Assembly (NCBI GenBank): GCA_964574655.1
Contig: CAZNOH010000001.1
Span: forward strand, 601,020 to 654,272
Length of the DNA stretch: 53,253 bases
From: an uncultured Candidatus Saccharibacteria bacterium
GTDB taxonomy: Bacteria; Patescibacteriota; JABMPQ01; JAQVVF01
Reading direction: 5' to 3'
The translations under genes were made by a program, and so were the position numbers. Shown here in pieces: positions 1 through 9,810 of the stretch. The notes under the pieces were generated by a model that saw only the letters and a list, made by a program, of their open reading frames with translations, had not been told where the DNA came from and did no database searches. The stretch's first letter is position 1. Every line of letters starts with the position of its first letter.

Positions 1-825
1 AAGTATTAAAATATTCTCTAGCAATTTAGCAACGGTAACTGGTCCGATGCCTCCGGGTACTGGAGTAATCATTTTTACTTTTTCGAGGACTTGCTTATAA
101 TTTACATCACCACAAAGTTTATTGCCCTTATGGCTTGTACCAGCATCTAATATAATAGCGTTGTCTTTAACCATATTGGCGCTGATCAAATTTGGCTTGC
201 CAACTGCAGTAATAAGAACATCGGCTTGTCTCGTGTAATTGCCTAAATTTCTAGTAAATTTCGTGCAGATTGTTAGAGTATTTTGATCTTGCGTGAGTAA
301 AATACCCAATGGCTTTCCAACCAATTCTCCCTTGCCAACGATTACAATATGTTTTCTTTTTAAATTGATATTATATTCTTTGATAAGCTGTAAAATGGCG
401 GCTGGTGTTGGCGGTAAAATTTTGTAAATTCCGGCTGATAATTTTCCCATATTGTATGAAGTCAAGCAATCAACATCAAGTCTTGGATCAATCATTTCTA
501 AAACTTGGCGAGTATTAACTTTAGGAGGCAGAGGAAGTTGGACAACTAAGGCAGATAGCTTTGGATCCTCTTGAATGATTTTTATCTTGTTGCAAAGGCT
601 TAATGTATCTAGGTCGGATTGAAATTTAAAAAGTTCAAAATTGATACCAATCTTTTTGCATGATTCTTCTTTTTTTCTTATGAAACTGAGAGAGGCTTTA
701 TCTTCGCCAACTAAAACTACAGCCATTTTTAAATAACGACCTTGTTGTTTAAGGAGAGTGCCTTTCCTTTGAATTTGAGAAAGCAGTTTTTTAGCAGATT
801 GTGTACCGTTTATGATTTTAGCCAT
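1..825 (-). CDS. folD: Bifunctional methylenetetrahydrofolate dehydrogenase/cyclohydrolase FolD (3' end runs off the window)
   Basis: Not in the ORF track. Manual translation starts MAKIINGTQSAKKLL at ATG 825 and ends ...ITPVPGGIGPVTVAKLLENILIL, containing the FolD TPVPGG.GP.T motif. Confidence 0.95.
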   Translation of the reverse strand, partial: MAKIINGTQSAKKLLSQIQRKGTLLKQQGRYLKMAVVLVGEDKASLSFIRKKEESCKKIGINFELFKFQSDLDTLSLCNKIKIIQEDPKLSALVVQLPLPPKVNTRQVLEMIDPRLDVDCLTSYNMGKLSAGIYKILPPTPAAILQLIKEYNINLKRKHIVIVGKGELVGKPLGILLTQDQNTLTICTKFTRNLGNYTRQADVLITAVGKPNLISANMVKDNAIILDAGTSHKGNKLCGDVNYKQVLEKVKMITPVPGGIGPVTVAKLLENILIL

Positions 826-839
826 TCTTTTAAATGACC

Positions 840-963
840 AAGAAACAAGAAACAAACAAATTTCAAATTAGAATAACCAATTATCAAACTCGATGAATGA
901 CGATTTGGTTATTGATTTTTGGATATTGAATATTGTTTGTATCTTGTCTCTTGTATCTTGTTT
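840..963. repeat. Intergenic inverted array of degenerate heptamers (CAAGAAA/CAATAAC type)
   Basis: Left arm aagaaacaagaaacaaacaa... mirrors right arm ...ttgtttgtatcttgtctcttgtatcttg. Confidence 0.7.
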
Positions 964-969
964 TTAATA

Positions 970-2949
970 TCACTTGTTATCAAAATACCACTGAAGTACT
1001 TCTTTGGCAATAGGAACAGCAGCTGATTCACCGCCGCCGCCTTCTTCAACTAGAACTGTTAAAACTATTTCTGGATTTTCATATGGCGCAAAAACTGTGA
1101 ACCAAGCATGGTTTTTATCGCTACCACTGTGTTCAGCTGTTCCTGTTTTTCCGGCTGCCGAAACCTTGAGTCCTTGAAGCATCCGAGCGGAACCATTGTC
1201 AACTGTTTGTTTCATCGCCTGCCTAACTGTTTCAATGTGACCCTGCGGTATGAAATTTTCTCTAACAATTCTTGGCTCTGTCTCACTAATCATATTCTGC
1301 TGATTGTTGATTATCTTTTTCACCAAATGTGGTTTATAAAATGTTCCACCATTAGCAAAGATTGCTGTCCAATTTGCAACTTGTAATGGAGTAGACAGCA
1401 CATCACCTTGTCCGATTGCCATGTGATAAGTATCGCCTAAATACCAGACTTCATTTTTCGCTTCTTCTTTCCATGTTGGATTTGGAATTAAACCTTCAGC
1501 TTCATTTGGTAAATCTATGCCTGTTTGAGCGCCCATTCCAAATTTTTTGTAATATTCTTCTAGTTTTTTTTCTCCAAGACCAGGAAAGTCGTCAAATCCA
1601 CCGCCAACATAATAGAAATAGATGTCAGACGATTTTGCGATTGCACTGAAAATGTTAACTGGGCCTAAACCATTCAGATCCCAACCAACGAAGTTATAAA
1701 TGATATCAGGATTATATTTGTTTGGAACCGTAATTGAGCCTTTGTCTACAACAGTTGTATTTACATCAATCAAACCTTCAGTTAAGGCTGCTGAGGCAAC
1801 TACTGGTTTTATTGTAGAAGCTGGCGGATAAACACCATCAATAATGCGGTCAATCAATGGCTTGTCTTTATCATTTGAAATTTGGCGATAATCTTTTTCA
1901 GAGATTCCTTTAGCGAACAAATTATTATCAAAAGATGGTAATGAAACATAGCCGAGTATTTCACCATTTTGAGGATTCATGGCAACTGCTACGGCTTTAT
2001 TTGATCCAGTAACTTTTGCACCCTCTCTGAGTGACTTTTCGAGCTGAATTTGAAAATCTTTATTGATGCTTAAAACAATATCATTTCCAGCTTGCGGTTC
2101 ATCTTGCTTAACTATCTTTTTAACACGGCCCGAAGAATCAACTTCTACTTGCTGTTGCCCGTTAATTCCTTTTAGCGAATCCTCATATGATAATTCTAAA
2201 CCTTGTTTGCCGATATAATCATTAAATAAATATTTTTTTGAATCATTTTGTCTTTGATCCAATTCTTCTTGAGTAATCTTTCCAATATAGCCCATTAGAT
2301 GCGCAAAAGTACTAGAAAATTGATAATCTCTGATCGGGTTTTTTTCGACTACAACTCCTAGAAGCTCGGCATCTCTTGAGTTTATGATTAGAGTCTCGTC
2401 ACGTGAAATATTTTCTTTGACCAATAACGGTTCATATGAACTATAATCAATTTTTTTGATCGCCTTATTTAAGTCATCATCAGAAATTTTTAAAACATTT
2501 TTCAATGACGTAAAAACGCCTTCGCATTTGCTTTTGCATTCTCTTTCTCTTGTTTCTGCATTTCTTTCTAATGGCAAGTCAGCTGGAATGACTGTTGCGT
2601 CAAAGCTTGGAACATTTTTGACTAATAATTGTTTTTTCGAATCATAAATTACGCCTCGTGGCGCTCTTGTGATATTTATTCTATATCTGTTTTCTTCTGC
2701 TGCGGCTTTTAATGGATCTCCTTGAATAATTTGTAAAAAAAACGTACGGCTGATCAAAACAACAAAAACACCTAGAATAACAAAATAAAGCCATCTAATT
2801 TTTTGATGCTTGTAAAAAGGTTTTTTGATATCTGGACGCGAACTCTTAGAGGAAAAAAAAGGATCTACATCCCAATCTGATCCATAATCTGAGCCAGTAT
2901 CATGGCTATCAAAGTTTAACGAATTTTTTATTTCAAAAGGGTCGCGCAT
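970..2949 (-). CDS. mrdA: Penicillin-binding protein 2 (class B transpeptidase)
   Basis: N-terminal TM helix, APRG.IYD dimerisation motif, STIK, SSD and KTGT catalytic motifs; follows mreD. ATG 2949 chosen over the TTG at 2955. Confidence 0.95.
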   Translation of the reverse strand: MRDPFEIKNSLNFDSHDTGSDYGSDWDVDPFFSSKSSRPDIKKPFYKHQKIRWLYFVILGVFVVLISRTFFLQIIQGDPLKAAAEENRYRINITRAPRGVIYDSKKQLLVKNVPSFDATVIPADLPLERNAETRERECKSKCEGVFTSLKNVLKISDDDLNKAIKKIDYSSYEPLLVKENISRDETLIINSRDAELLGVVVEKNPIRDYQFSSTFAHLMGYIGKITQEELDQRQNDSKKYLFNDYIGKQGLELSYEDSLKGINGQQQVEVDSSGRVKKIVKQDEPQAGNDIVLSINKDFQIQLEKSLREGAKVTGSNKAVAVAMNPQNGEILGYVSLPSFDNNLFAKGISEKDYRQISNDKDKPLIDRIIDGVYPPASTIKPVVASAALTEGLIDVNTTVVDKGSITVPNKYNPDIIYNFVGWDLNGLGPVNIFSAIAKSSDIYFYYVGGGFDDFPGLGEKKLEEYYKKFGMGAQTGIDLPNEAEGLIPNPTWKEEAKNEVWYLGDTYHMAIGQGDVLSTPLQVANWTAIFANGGTFYKPHLVKKIINNQQNMISETEPRIVRENFIPQGHIETVRQAMKQTVDNGSARMLQGLKVSAAGKTGTAEHSGSDKNHAWFTVFAPYENPEIVLTVLVEEGGGGESAAVPIAKEVLQWYFDNK

Positions 2950-2954
2950 TGTCA

Positions 2955-3020
2955 ATAATTAACTTTTAACAATTAACAATTAACTTTTTATAATTGCTAA
3001 TTACTAATTTTTAATTATTT
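2955..3020. repeat. Intergenic heptamer array (AATTAAC type) with partial inverted arm
   Basis: aattaacttttaacaattaacaattaac...ttgctaattactaatttttaatt. Confidence 0.5.
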
Positions 3021-3022
3021 GT

Positions 3023-3556
3023 TTATGCCTTTATTTGACGTCTCTGTTCATAGTAATTTTCTACTTCTTGAATAGATTTTATGTAATTGTAAATTAAAGA
3101 AATTATGATTGTGTTGAAAATTATTTGGACAAGAATTGAAGCAAAGAAATAGAAATCTAATGTCTGGACTAGATTATCTAGCTTGACAAGTTTTATAATT
3201 AGAATAAAAAATATTAAGAAAAAATTATACAACAACGTAGCAATAGCGCAAATTGTAGCAATGGAAACTTTGTCGTCGTTATTGATGAAATTTTTAACAA
3301 TAAAGTAAACAGCAGCAATCACAGCAAGGTTGCTTAAAGAAACAATTCCAAAATAAAAAGGAGAAAAAAGATCAAGAATAACTCCACCTCCGATTCCCCA
3401 AAAAATTGCTTCTTTGTAATTGCCGGCAATGCACCAGGCAACAGCAACTATTAAAATTAAATTTGGGACTGACCCCAAAATAACAAAATTAGGCAGAAAG
3501 GAAATTTGCAAGAAAGTAAGAATTATTAAACTAAATATGGAAATTGCAATGCGCAT
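3023..3556 (-). CDS. mreD: Rod shape-determining protein MreD
   Basis: Multi-TM protein with PNL.LI and GG.I.D.FS motifs, located between mreC and mrdA. Confidence 0.9.
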   Translation of the reverse strand: MRIAISIFSLIILTFLQISFLPNFVILGSVPNLILIVAVAWCIAGNYKEAIFWGIGGGVILDLFSPFYFGIVSLSNLAVIAAVYFIVKNFINNDDKVSIATICAIATLLYNFFLIFFILIIKLVKLDNLVQTLDFYFFASILVQIIFNTIIISLIYNYIKSIQEVENYYEQRRQIKA

Positions 3557-3558
3557 AA

Positions 3559-4362
3559 TTAATCAAGAATAATGAAAATAATTTTTAGGTTTTTAAAATC
3601 AGCTTGAGTTTTGATTCTAGCAGTTTGAAATAATTCATTATCTGTTGTTTTCACTTCCTCTACTTCACCGATGTAAAGACCGACCGGCATGTCGCCACCA
3701 ACCCCCGACGTAATAACTTTATCACCGCGCTTAATAATCTTATCTTGCGGAATCATATCCATTATCAAGCCCAAATTGTGTTCACCTTTAATGATGCCAT
3801 TAGCATCTGCACCTTGAATTTGAGCATTAATCTTGCTTCTAGCATCGGTAATTAAAATCACTTTTGCAGAATGGCTTGAGACTTCAGAAACTTTTCCAAT
3901 TAAAAAATTGTTGGCAATAATTGCAGGCTGATTTTCTTTTATGCTATCAGCACTTCCTTTATTGATATTGATAAATTGAATTAAATTATTAGGATCTTGG
4001 CCGATAACATCTGCTGTGACTAAATTAAATTCTTCTTTTTTAAACAAGACTAGTTGCGTACGCAAATCTTTATTTTCTTTTTCTAAACGTTCAAGCTTTG
4101 AATTTTCAAAAGTCAGCTTATTTACTTTTTCGTTTAATTCTTTATTTTCTTTCCTTAAATCCTTGATTGAAGTAAAAAATTTTATACTGCCTGAAAATCT
4201 ATTTCCAGATAAATATATATATTTTTGAAACGGCGAAAAAATCCTGATAACTACATTTTCAATTGGGCTCAAAATTTTAAAAACATGGAGAATTATCAAT
4301 AACACTATTATTGCTCCACTCACTATAAATAAAGCTGTTGATGATTCTGGCTTATTGATCAT
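3559..4362 (-). CDS. mreC: Rod shape-determining protein MreC
   Basis: TM helix, coiled coil (LEKENKDLR), INKGS and V.TSG.GG..P.G motifs. Confidence 0.95.
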   Translation of the reverse strand: MINKPESSTALFIVSGAIIVLLIILHVFKILSPIENVVIRIFSPFQKYIYLSGNRFSGSIKFFTSIKDLRKENKELNEKVNKLTFENSKLERLEKENKDLRTQLVLFKKEEFNLVTADVIGQDPNNLIQFININKGSADSIKENQPAIIANNFLIGKVSEVSSHSAKVILITDARSKINAQIQGADANGIIKGEHNLGLIMDMIPQDKIIKRGDKVITSGVGGDMPVGLYIGEVEEVKTTDNELFQTARIKTQADFKNLKIIFIILD

Positions 4363-4389
4363 TACTTAATTGCTGAATTGTTAAATTGT

Positions 4390-5454
4390 TTAGAATATCC
4401 TTGGCGGTTTTTCATATTGAGTTGGAATAAGTACGTCTTTTAAGGCATCTATATCTTCCAAAACAATACCGCAACCGCGGACAACGCAAGTCAATGGGTC
4501 ATCAGCGATATGAACCGGCATTTGAGTCTGCTCGGCTAAAACTTTGTCTAAACCGCGGAGCAGAGATCCGCCACCAGCCAAAACTATTCCTCTTTTCATA
4601 ATATCAGCAACTAGCTCTGGGGGAGTTTCCTCAACTATTGTTTTAATGCCATTGACGATGACTCTAACTGATCGCATTAAAGCTTCACGGACTTGTTCAT
4701 CATTTATAACTACTTCTTTTGGCAGGCCAGTGACTAGATCACGACCGCGCATCGTTGTTTCAAGTGGCTCTTCAAGCTTTGAGGCTGAACCAATTGCAAT
4801 TTTGATGTCTTCAGCTGTTTTTTCTCCTAAAAGCAGGTTGAATTCTGAGCGAGCATATTCAATTATATTCTGATTTAATTCATCGCCAGCGATTCTAAGC
4901 GACTTGGCAGTAACTAGGCCACCTAAAGAAATAACTGCAACCTCTGTTGTACCGCCACCGATATCAACAATCATATTGCCAGATGCGTCTTGAACTGGAA
5001 GACGAGCGCCAATTGCTGCTGCGATTGGCTCTTCAATCAAAAATGCTTGTCTTGCACCAGCGCTGATGCAAGCATCTTCAACAGCTCTTCTCTCTACCTC
5101 AGTAACGTCCGATGGAATACCTATAACAACACGAGGACGAGGAAAGATTGTGAAGCCTTCTTGATGAACTTTTTCTATAAAATAACGAAGCATTTGCTCT
5201 GTAACTTCAAAATCAGAAATAACGCCATCAACTAAAGGTCTGGTTGCAACAATATGAGCTGGAGTTTTTCCTACCATTTTTTTGGCTTCATTGCCAATAG
5301 CTAAAACCTGATCTGTTCTTTTGTTCACTGCAACGACTGAAGGCTCGTTAATCACAATGCCTTTGTCTTTGACGTAAACTAAAGTATTAGCAGTACCTAA
5401 ATCAATGCCGATATCTTTCGAAAAACGGCCTAAAATATTATTAATTATGGACAT
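4390..5454 (-). CDS. mreB: Actin-like rod shape-determining protein MreB
   Basis: IGIDLGTANT, EPSVVA, DIGGGTTEVA and LAGGGSLL motifs; heads mreBCD. Confidence 0.97.
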   Translation of the reverse strand: MSIINNILGRFSKDIGIDLGTANTLVYVKDKGIVINEPSVVAVNKRTDQVLAIGNEAKKMVGKTPAHIVATRPLVDGVISDFEVTEQMLRYFIEKVHQEGFTIFPRPRVVIGIPSDVTEVERRAVEDACISAGARQAFLIEEPIAAAIGARLPVQDASGNMIVDIGGGTTEVAVISLGGLVTAKSLRIAGDELNQNIIEYARSEFNLLLGEKTAEDIKIAIGSASKLEEPLETTMRGRDLVTGLPKEVVINDEQVREALMRSVRVIVNGIKTIVEETPPELVADIMKRGIVLAGGGSLLRGLDKVLAEQTQMPVHIADDPLTCVVRGCGIVLEDIDALKDVLIPTQYEKPPRIF

Positions 5455-5474
5455 AAGATGAATTTACGAAAATA

Positions 5475-6734
5475 TTAAGTATTAAATATTTTCTGGACTT
5501 CTTCTAAGACTTTTTCTGAAGCAATTAATTTTGTTTTTTCTTCTGATCTTTGTTTAATTTCAACTGAATCCTTTTCTAGTGTTTTTTGACTTACAACAAT
5601 TCTAATTGGCATGCCTAGAAGATCAGCATCTTTCAATTTGAATCCTGCTGAATCTGACCTATCATCGTATAGTACTTCATAATTGTTTTTCAGTAAAGAA
5701 TCATAAATTTCTTTTGCTTTGTTTGAGATTTCTTGATTATCCTGTTGCAAGCATAAAAGATGAATCTGAAAAGGCGCGACTTGTTTTGGCCAAATGATTC
5801 CTTTGTCATCATGATGGACTTCGACAATTGTACCTAAAACTCTGCCCAAACCAATGCCATAGCATCCCATGATGATTTCTTTGTCTTCTCCTTTTTCATC
5901 TTTAACTTTCAAGCCAAAAGGTTTTGTATACTTATTCATTAACTTGAATATATTGCCAACTTCGATAGCTTTTTCTTCTTTAAAATCTGTGCTTTTGCAA
6001 TTTGGACATTCTTTAACTTCATCTTTGATTTCTTTATTAATGGCTAATTTTTTACATCCTTGGCAAACATAAATTGTATCTTCACCGGCTAATGTAACTG
6101 TTTGAAATTCATGAGAATATTTTGAGAATGTTCCTCCTGATGCAAAAGTTAAATATGTATTATCTTTTAAACCAGCTCTTTTAAAAATCTTGAAATAAGA
6201 TAGTTTAGCTTTTTCATAATAATTATCTAAATCTTGTTCATTTAAATGAAAAGAATACAAATCTTTCATCATAAATTCACGGCCACGAAGAATTCCTGAT
6301 TTAGATCTTAATTCCATGCGAAACTTATTCTGGAATTGATAAACTGATAAAGGAATATCTTTGTAGGAATTAATAAATTTTTGGACTAGAGGTACAACGA
6401 CTTCCTCATGCGTTGGTCCAAGTGCAAATTCTTTAGAGCTAGCATCTTTGACTTTATATAAATCATCCATTGTGTTCCAGCGATTTGTTTTTAGCCAATT
6501 ATCTTTTGGCTGTAAAGAAGGCATAAATACTTCTTGCCCTCCGAGCTTGTTGATCTCTTCGCGAATGATATTCTCAATTTTTTTCATGACGCGAAGACCT
6601 AAAGGAAGCATTGAATATACCCCAGCCATCAGTTTGTCAATGTATCCAGCACGTATTAAAAGCTGGGCATTTACGCTCGTCTCATCTTTTGGAGCAGTTT
6701 GTTTAGTTTTTGTAAAAAGTTGTGATTGTAGCAT
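5475..6734 (-). CDS. proS: Prolyl-tRNA synthetase, short form without INS editing domain
   Basis: LGPTHEE, KFRME.R..GILRGREF.MKD.YSF and MGCYGIG motifs plus anticodon-binding domain; 419 aa. Confidence 0.95.
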   Translation of the reverse strand: MLQSQLFTKTKQTAPKDETSVNAQLLIRAGYIDKLMAGVYSMLPLGLRVMKKIENIIREEINKLGGQEVFMPSLQPKDNWLKTNRWNTMDDLYKVKDASSKEFALGPTHEEVVVPLVQKFINSYKDIPLSVYQFQNKFRMELRSKSGILRGREFMMKDLYSFHLNEQDLDNYYEKAKLSYFKIFKRAGLKDNTYLTFASGGTFSKYSHEFQTVTLAGEDTIYVCQGCKKLAINKEIKDEVKECPNCKSTDFKEEKAIEVGNIFKLMNKYTKPFGLKVKDEKGEDKEIIMGCYGIGLGRVLGTIVEVHHDDKGIIWPKQVAPFQIHLLCLQQDNQEISNKAKEIYDSLLKNNYEVLYDDRSDSAGFKLKDADLLGMPIRIVVSQKTLEKDSVEIKQRSEEKTKLIASEKVLEEVQKIFNT

Positions 6735-6751
6735 GATTTAATAATTAAATC

Positions 6752-6799
6752 GTGGCCCGGGCTTTAGCCCGGGATATCCTGGCCTAAAGGCCAGGCCAC
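6752..6799. repeat. Inverted doublet of REP-like palindromes (REPIN-like)
   Basis: GTGG-CCCGGGCT-TT-AGCCCGGG on +, and GTGG-CCTGGCCT-TT-AGGCCAGG on -, separated by ATAT. Confidence 0.8.
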
Positions 6800-6813
6800 A
6801 ATGATTTATAAAT

Positions 6814-8013
6814 TTAAAATAATTTGTGCCAAAGATTAATAAAAATGTCTTTAAATTTGAACACATCTCTGAATGTCACGACAATCATCAAAAAAATTAA
6901 TAAGGCGAAACCGATTGTATGAATATAATTTTCTACTTTCATAGAAATTGGCTTGCGTCTGATTTTTTCAATAATAATGAATAATATTCTACCGCCATCA
7001 ATTGCTGGAATTGGCAGAGCATTAATTATTGCTAAGTTTATTGAAAGCAAAGCGACAAATTGCAATAGATAGCTGATTCCCATTTTTGAAACTTGTCCGG
7101 TCATTACTGCAATGCCAATTGGACCAGCCACATCAGCGCCAATTTTGTTGCCAGCAAAAAGATTTTTAAAAATATCATAAAAACCAATAATAATAGCAAT
7201 TGTTAAATTAAATGTGGCAGTAATTCCCTTCCAAATTGAAGTGTACCAATTATAGGAAACAATGCCTGTTTCAACTAAGCCAACTCCCATTGCGCCTTGA
7301 TTTTCGGGCGGGTTTTTTCTGGGTTCTATTTTTATATCTAAATTTTCATTGTATCTTTTTATTTTTAAATTGATTTCCTTGCCTTTATTCTTATCAATAA
7401 CTTTTTGAACTTGAGTGACGTTTTCCAATTTTTTGTTATTGATTGAAACAACTTGATCGCCTATTTTTAAGCCAACTTTTTCGGCTGGAGAGTCAGCGAC
7501 GACAGACATTATCTGAACTTTTTGGTCTTTGGCAAAGCTTTTATTCTGATCGTCAATAGCTGTTGGCAAGCCTATTTTGAATCCAATCATTAAAATAAGA
7601 GCTGCTAATACAAAATTCATAGCTACTCCAGCAATCAATACGATGACTTTCTGCCAAGCTTTTTTGGCAGAAAAGCTATCAGGATCTGATTTGCCGTCAC
7701 CATTCTCGCCTTTCATTTTGCAAAATCCACCGAGAGGCAACCAATTGAGAGAATAAACAGTAGAAGGAAAACTTTCTTCTGTTTCTTGTCCGGCAGCTGC
7801 TGCTAATTGTTTTTTAGCTTTTCCTTTTTTGGGCAAGACCAAAACATATTTTTTCGTTTTTGGATCTTTGTATGTGCCAATGATTCTTGGCGGAAAGCCG
7901 AAGCCAAATTCTTCTACTTTAATTCCTGATTTTTTTGCAGCAACAAAATGGCCAAGTTCGTGGATAAATATCAACAAACCTAATATTAAAATAAACGTAA
8001 TTAAAGTGATCAT
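6814..8013 (-). CDS. rseP: RIP metalloprotease RseP (M50 family with PDZ domain)
   Basis: HELGH zinc motif, PLGGF, AGV.MN, PDZ domain, N.LPIPA.DGG. Confidence 0.95.
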   Translation of the reverse strand: MITLITFILILGLLIFIHELGHFVAAKKSGIKVEEFGFGFPPRIIGTYKDPKTKKYVLVLPKKGKAKKQLAAAAGQETEESFPSTVYSLNWLPLGGFCKMKGENGDGKSDPDSFSAKKAWQKVIVLIAGVAMNFVLAALILMIGFKIGLPTAIDDQNKSFAKDQKVQIMSVVADSPAEKVGLKIGDQVVSINNKKLENVTQVQKVIDKNKGKEINLKIKRYNENLDIKIEPRKNPPENQGAMGVGLVETGIVSYNWYTSIWKGITATFNLTIAIIIGFYDIFKNLFAGNKIGADVAGPIGIAVMTGQVSKMGISYLLQFVALLSINLAIINALPIPAIDGGRILFIIIEKIRRKPISMKVENYIHTIGFALLIFLMIVVTFRDVFKFKDIFINLWHKLF

Positions 8014-8036
8014 GTATTTTTTTAAACTTTAAAATA

Positions 8037-8161
8037 AAATTCTAAATCCTAAATTCTAAATAAATTCAAATTATAAAAATCAAAAACTTTAAACCTTTTT
8101 AGTTTTTAAAGTTTGTATTTTGTATTTATTTAGAATTTAGAATTTTGAGTTTAGGATTTTT
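8037..8161. repeat. Intergenic inverted heptamer array (TCCTAAA/TTCTAAA family, copy 1)
   Basis: aaattctaaatcctaaattctaaataaattcaaa ... tttatttagaatttagaattttgagtttaggatttt. Confidence 0.8.
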
Positions 8162-8719
8162 CTAAACGGTCATTATTTCTTCTTCTTTATTCTTTCTGAT
8201 TTCTTCTATTTTCTTATTATATTCTTCAACCAGCTTATCCAATTCTTGCTTAACTTTAAATCTTTCATCCTCGCTAATTTGTTTTGAGGCTTCTTGCTCT
8301 TTTAAGTGCTTCATTGCTTCTTCGCGCGAGCTTCTAATTGATACTTTTACTTCTTCAACTTTTTGATTTAAAACTTGTGCTAATTCTTGTCTTCTCTCTT
8401 CTGTTAATGAAGGAATTTTAATTCTGATGACTTGACCATCATTGTTTGATGTCAGATTTAGCTTTGATTCAGAGATTGCTTTTTCAATATCTTTGGCGGA
8501 ATTTTTATCAAAAGGAGAGATAGAAATTAAAGCTGGCTCTGGCACGCTGATTGTTGCCACCTGTTTTAAAGGCGTTTTTGTTCCATAATATTCGACCAAG
8601 ATATCTTCAACTAATGCAGATTGGGCGCGTCCAGTCTTAAATTTTTTTAATTCATCTTGCATAAACTCTAAGGATTCATCCATATTCTTTTTTGCTTGAC
8701 CGATGATTTGGCTAGACAT
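8162..8719 (-). CDS. frr: Ribosome recycling factor
   Basis: TGRA, YYGTKTPL.Q.A.I and IP.LTEERR motifs; 185 aa. Confidence 0.97.
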   Translation of the reverse strand: MSSQIIGQAKKNMDESLEFMQDELKKFKTGRAQSALVEDILVEYYGTKTPLKQVATISVPEPALISISPFDKNSAKDIEKAISESKLNLTSNNDGQVIRIKIPSLTEERRQELAQVLNQKVEEVKVSIRSSREEAMKHLKEQEASKQISEDERFKVKQELDKLVEEYNKKIEEIRKNKEEEIMTV

Positions 8720-8759
8720 ATTTTTTTAAATTATTTTTTTGATAAAATTTTGATTAATA

Positions 8760-9800
8760 TTATTGTTTAACTTCCATGACTCCGGTAAAAACATTCTTGG
8801 GATTTTTGGGATCAATTGCAAGACTCGTAATTATGCTATTGGTAATTTTTTTAACAATCCAATCTCTGCCACCATTAATAGATTTGTGAATTGTCGTATC
8901 AACTCCGACATAAATTGTTTCTGGACTCTTTGGGCTAACAGCCATTGCAACATTAGTAAATTTTCCTGGCTCTAGCAACAATCCAGTATCTACCCATTTT
9001 TTACCATCGTCTATTGTCTTGGTAACGCCAAAGTGAGAACCTAGATAAACGATGCGATCATCTTTTGGATCAAATTCAATTGAGGTAATTAAATTTGCGC
9101 CTCGAAAATCTATCAAGCTTTCTTTTAGATCAGCCCAGGTTTTCCCGCCATCTTTGGTTAGATAAATATATTTGCCTTTTATTGCGACATAAATCTTTCG
9201 AGAATCTTTTGGACTCATTGCCATTGTTTGAACTGGACCCGAAAACCAATTAGTTGCTAACCAGCTTTGGCCTGAATCTGAACTTTTTAGAAAACCGCCA
9301 TTTGTCAGGCCGGCATAAATAACTTTTGGACTATAGTGATCAATAAGAATGCTTATTATATCAATCTTAGCATGCGTTTCTGAATATATCTCGCTAAAGT
9401 TAGCTGCTGCATCTATGCTCTTGTACATTTTGCCTAAAGCTCCAATACTTCCACCAGCATAGACAATATTACTATCTTTTTGATTTATGGCAACAGTATT
9501 AATCGTGCCTTGTTTTAATGAGGTTTGTTGCCAAGTGTCGCCGGCATTTTGGCTCTTGAGTATTCCTTTGCCCAAGGTGCCTAAAATTATGTTATTGGGA
9601 TTCTTTGGATCAATTGCAATACAAAGAACACTAGTTGAAGCTAATGACTTTTTGTTGTCAGTCACTGCTTTTTGCTCCCATGTTTTACCAGAATCAACTG
9701 TCTTGTAAACAAATAAATCTTTTGGCTTGTTGCATGAAAGACCAGTCAAAGAAACAAATGCAAGCAATGCAGTTAATAATAATTTTTTGTTTTTAAACAT
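8760..9800 (-). CDS. Lipoprotein with BNR/Asp-box beta-propeller (Ycf48/VPS10-like)
   Basis: Lipobox-like LTGLSC; repeated S/TxDxGxTW Asp-boxes and DPK turns. Confidence 0.8.
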   Translation of the reverse strand: MFKNKKLLLTALLAFVSLTGLSCNKPKDLFVYKTVDSGKTWEQKAVTDNKKSLASTSVLCIAIDPKNPNNIILGTLGKGILKSQNAGDTWQQTSLKQGTINTVAINQKDSNIVYAGGSIGALGKMYKSIDAAANFSEIYSETHAKIDIISILIDHYSPKVIYAGLTNGGFLKSSDSGQSWLATNWFSGPVQTMAMSPKDSRKIYVAIKGKYIYLTKDGGKTWADLKESLIDFRGANLITSIEFDPKDDRIVYLGSHFGVTKTIDDGKKWVDTGLLLEPGKFTNVAMAVSPKSPETIYVGVDTTIHKSINGGRDWIVKKITNSIITSLAIDPKNPKNVFTGVMEVKQ

Positions 9801-9810
9801 ATTTTTTAAT

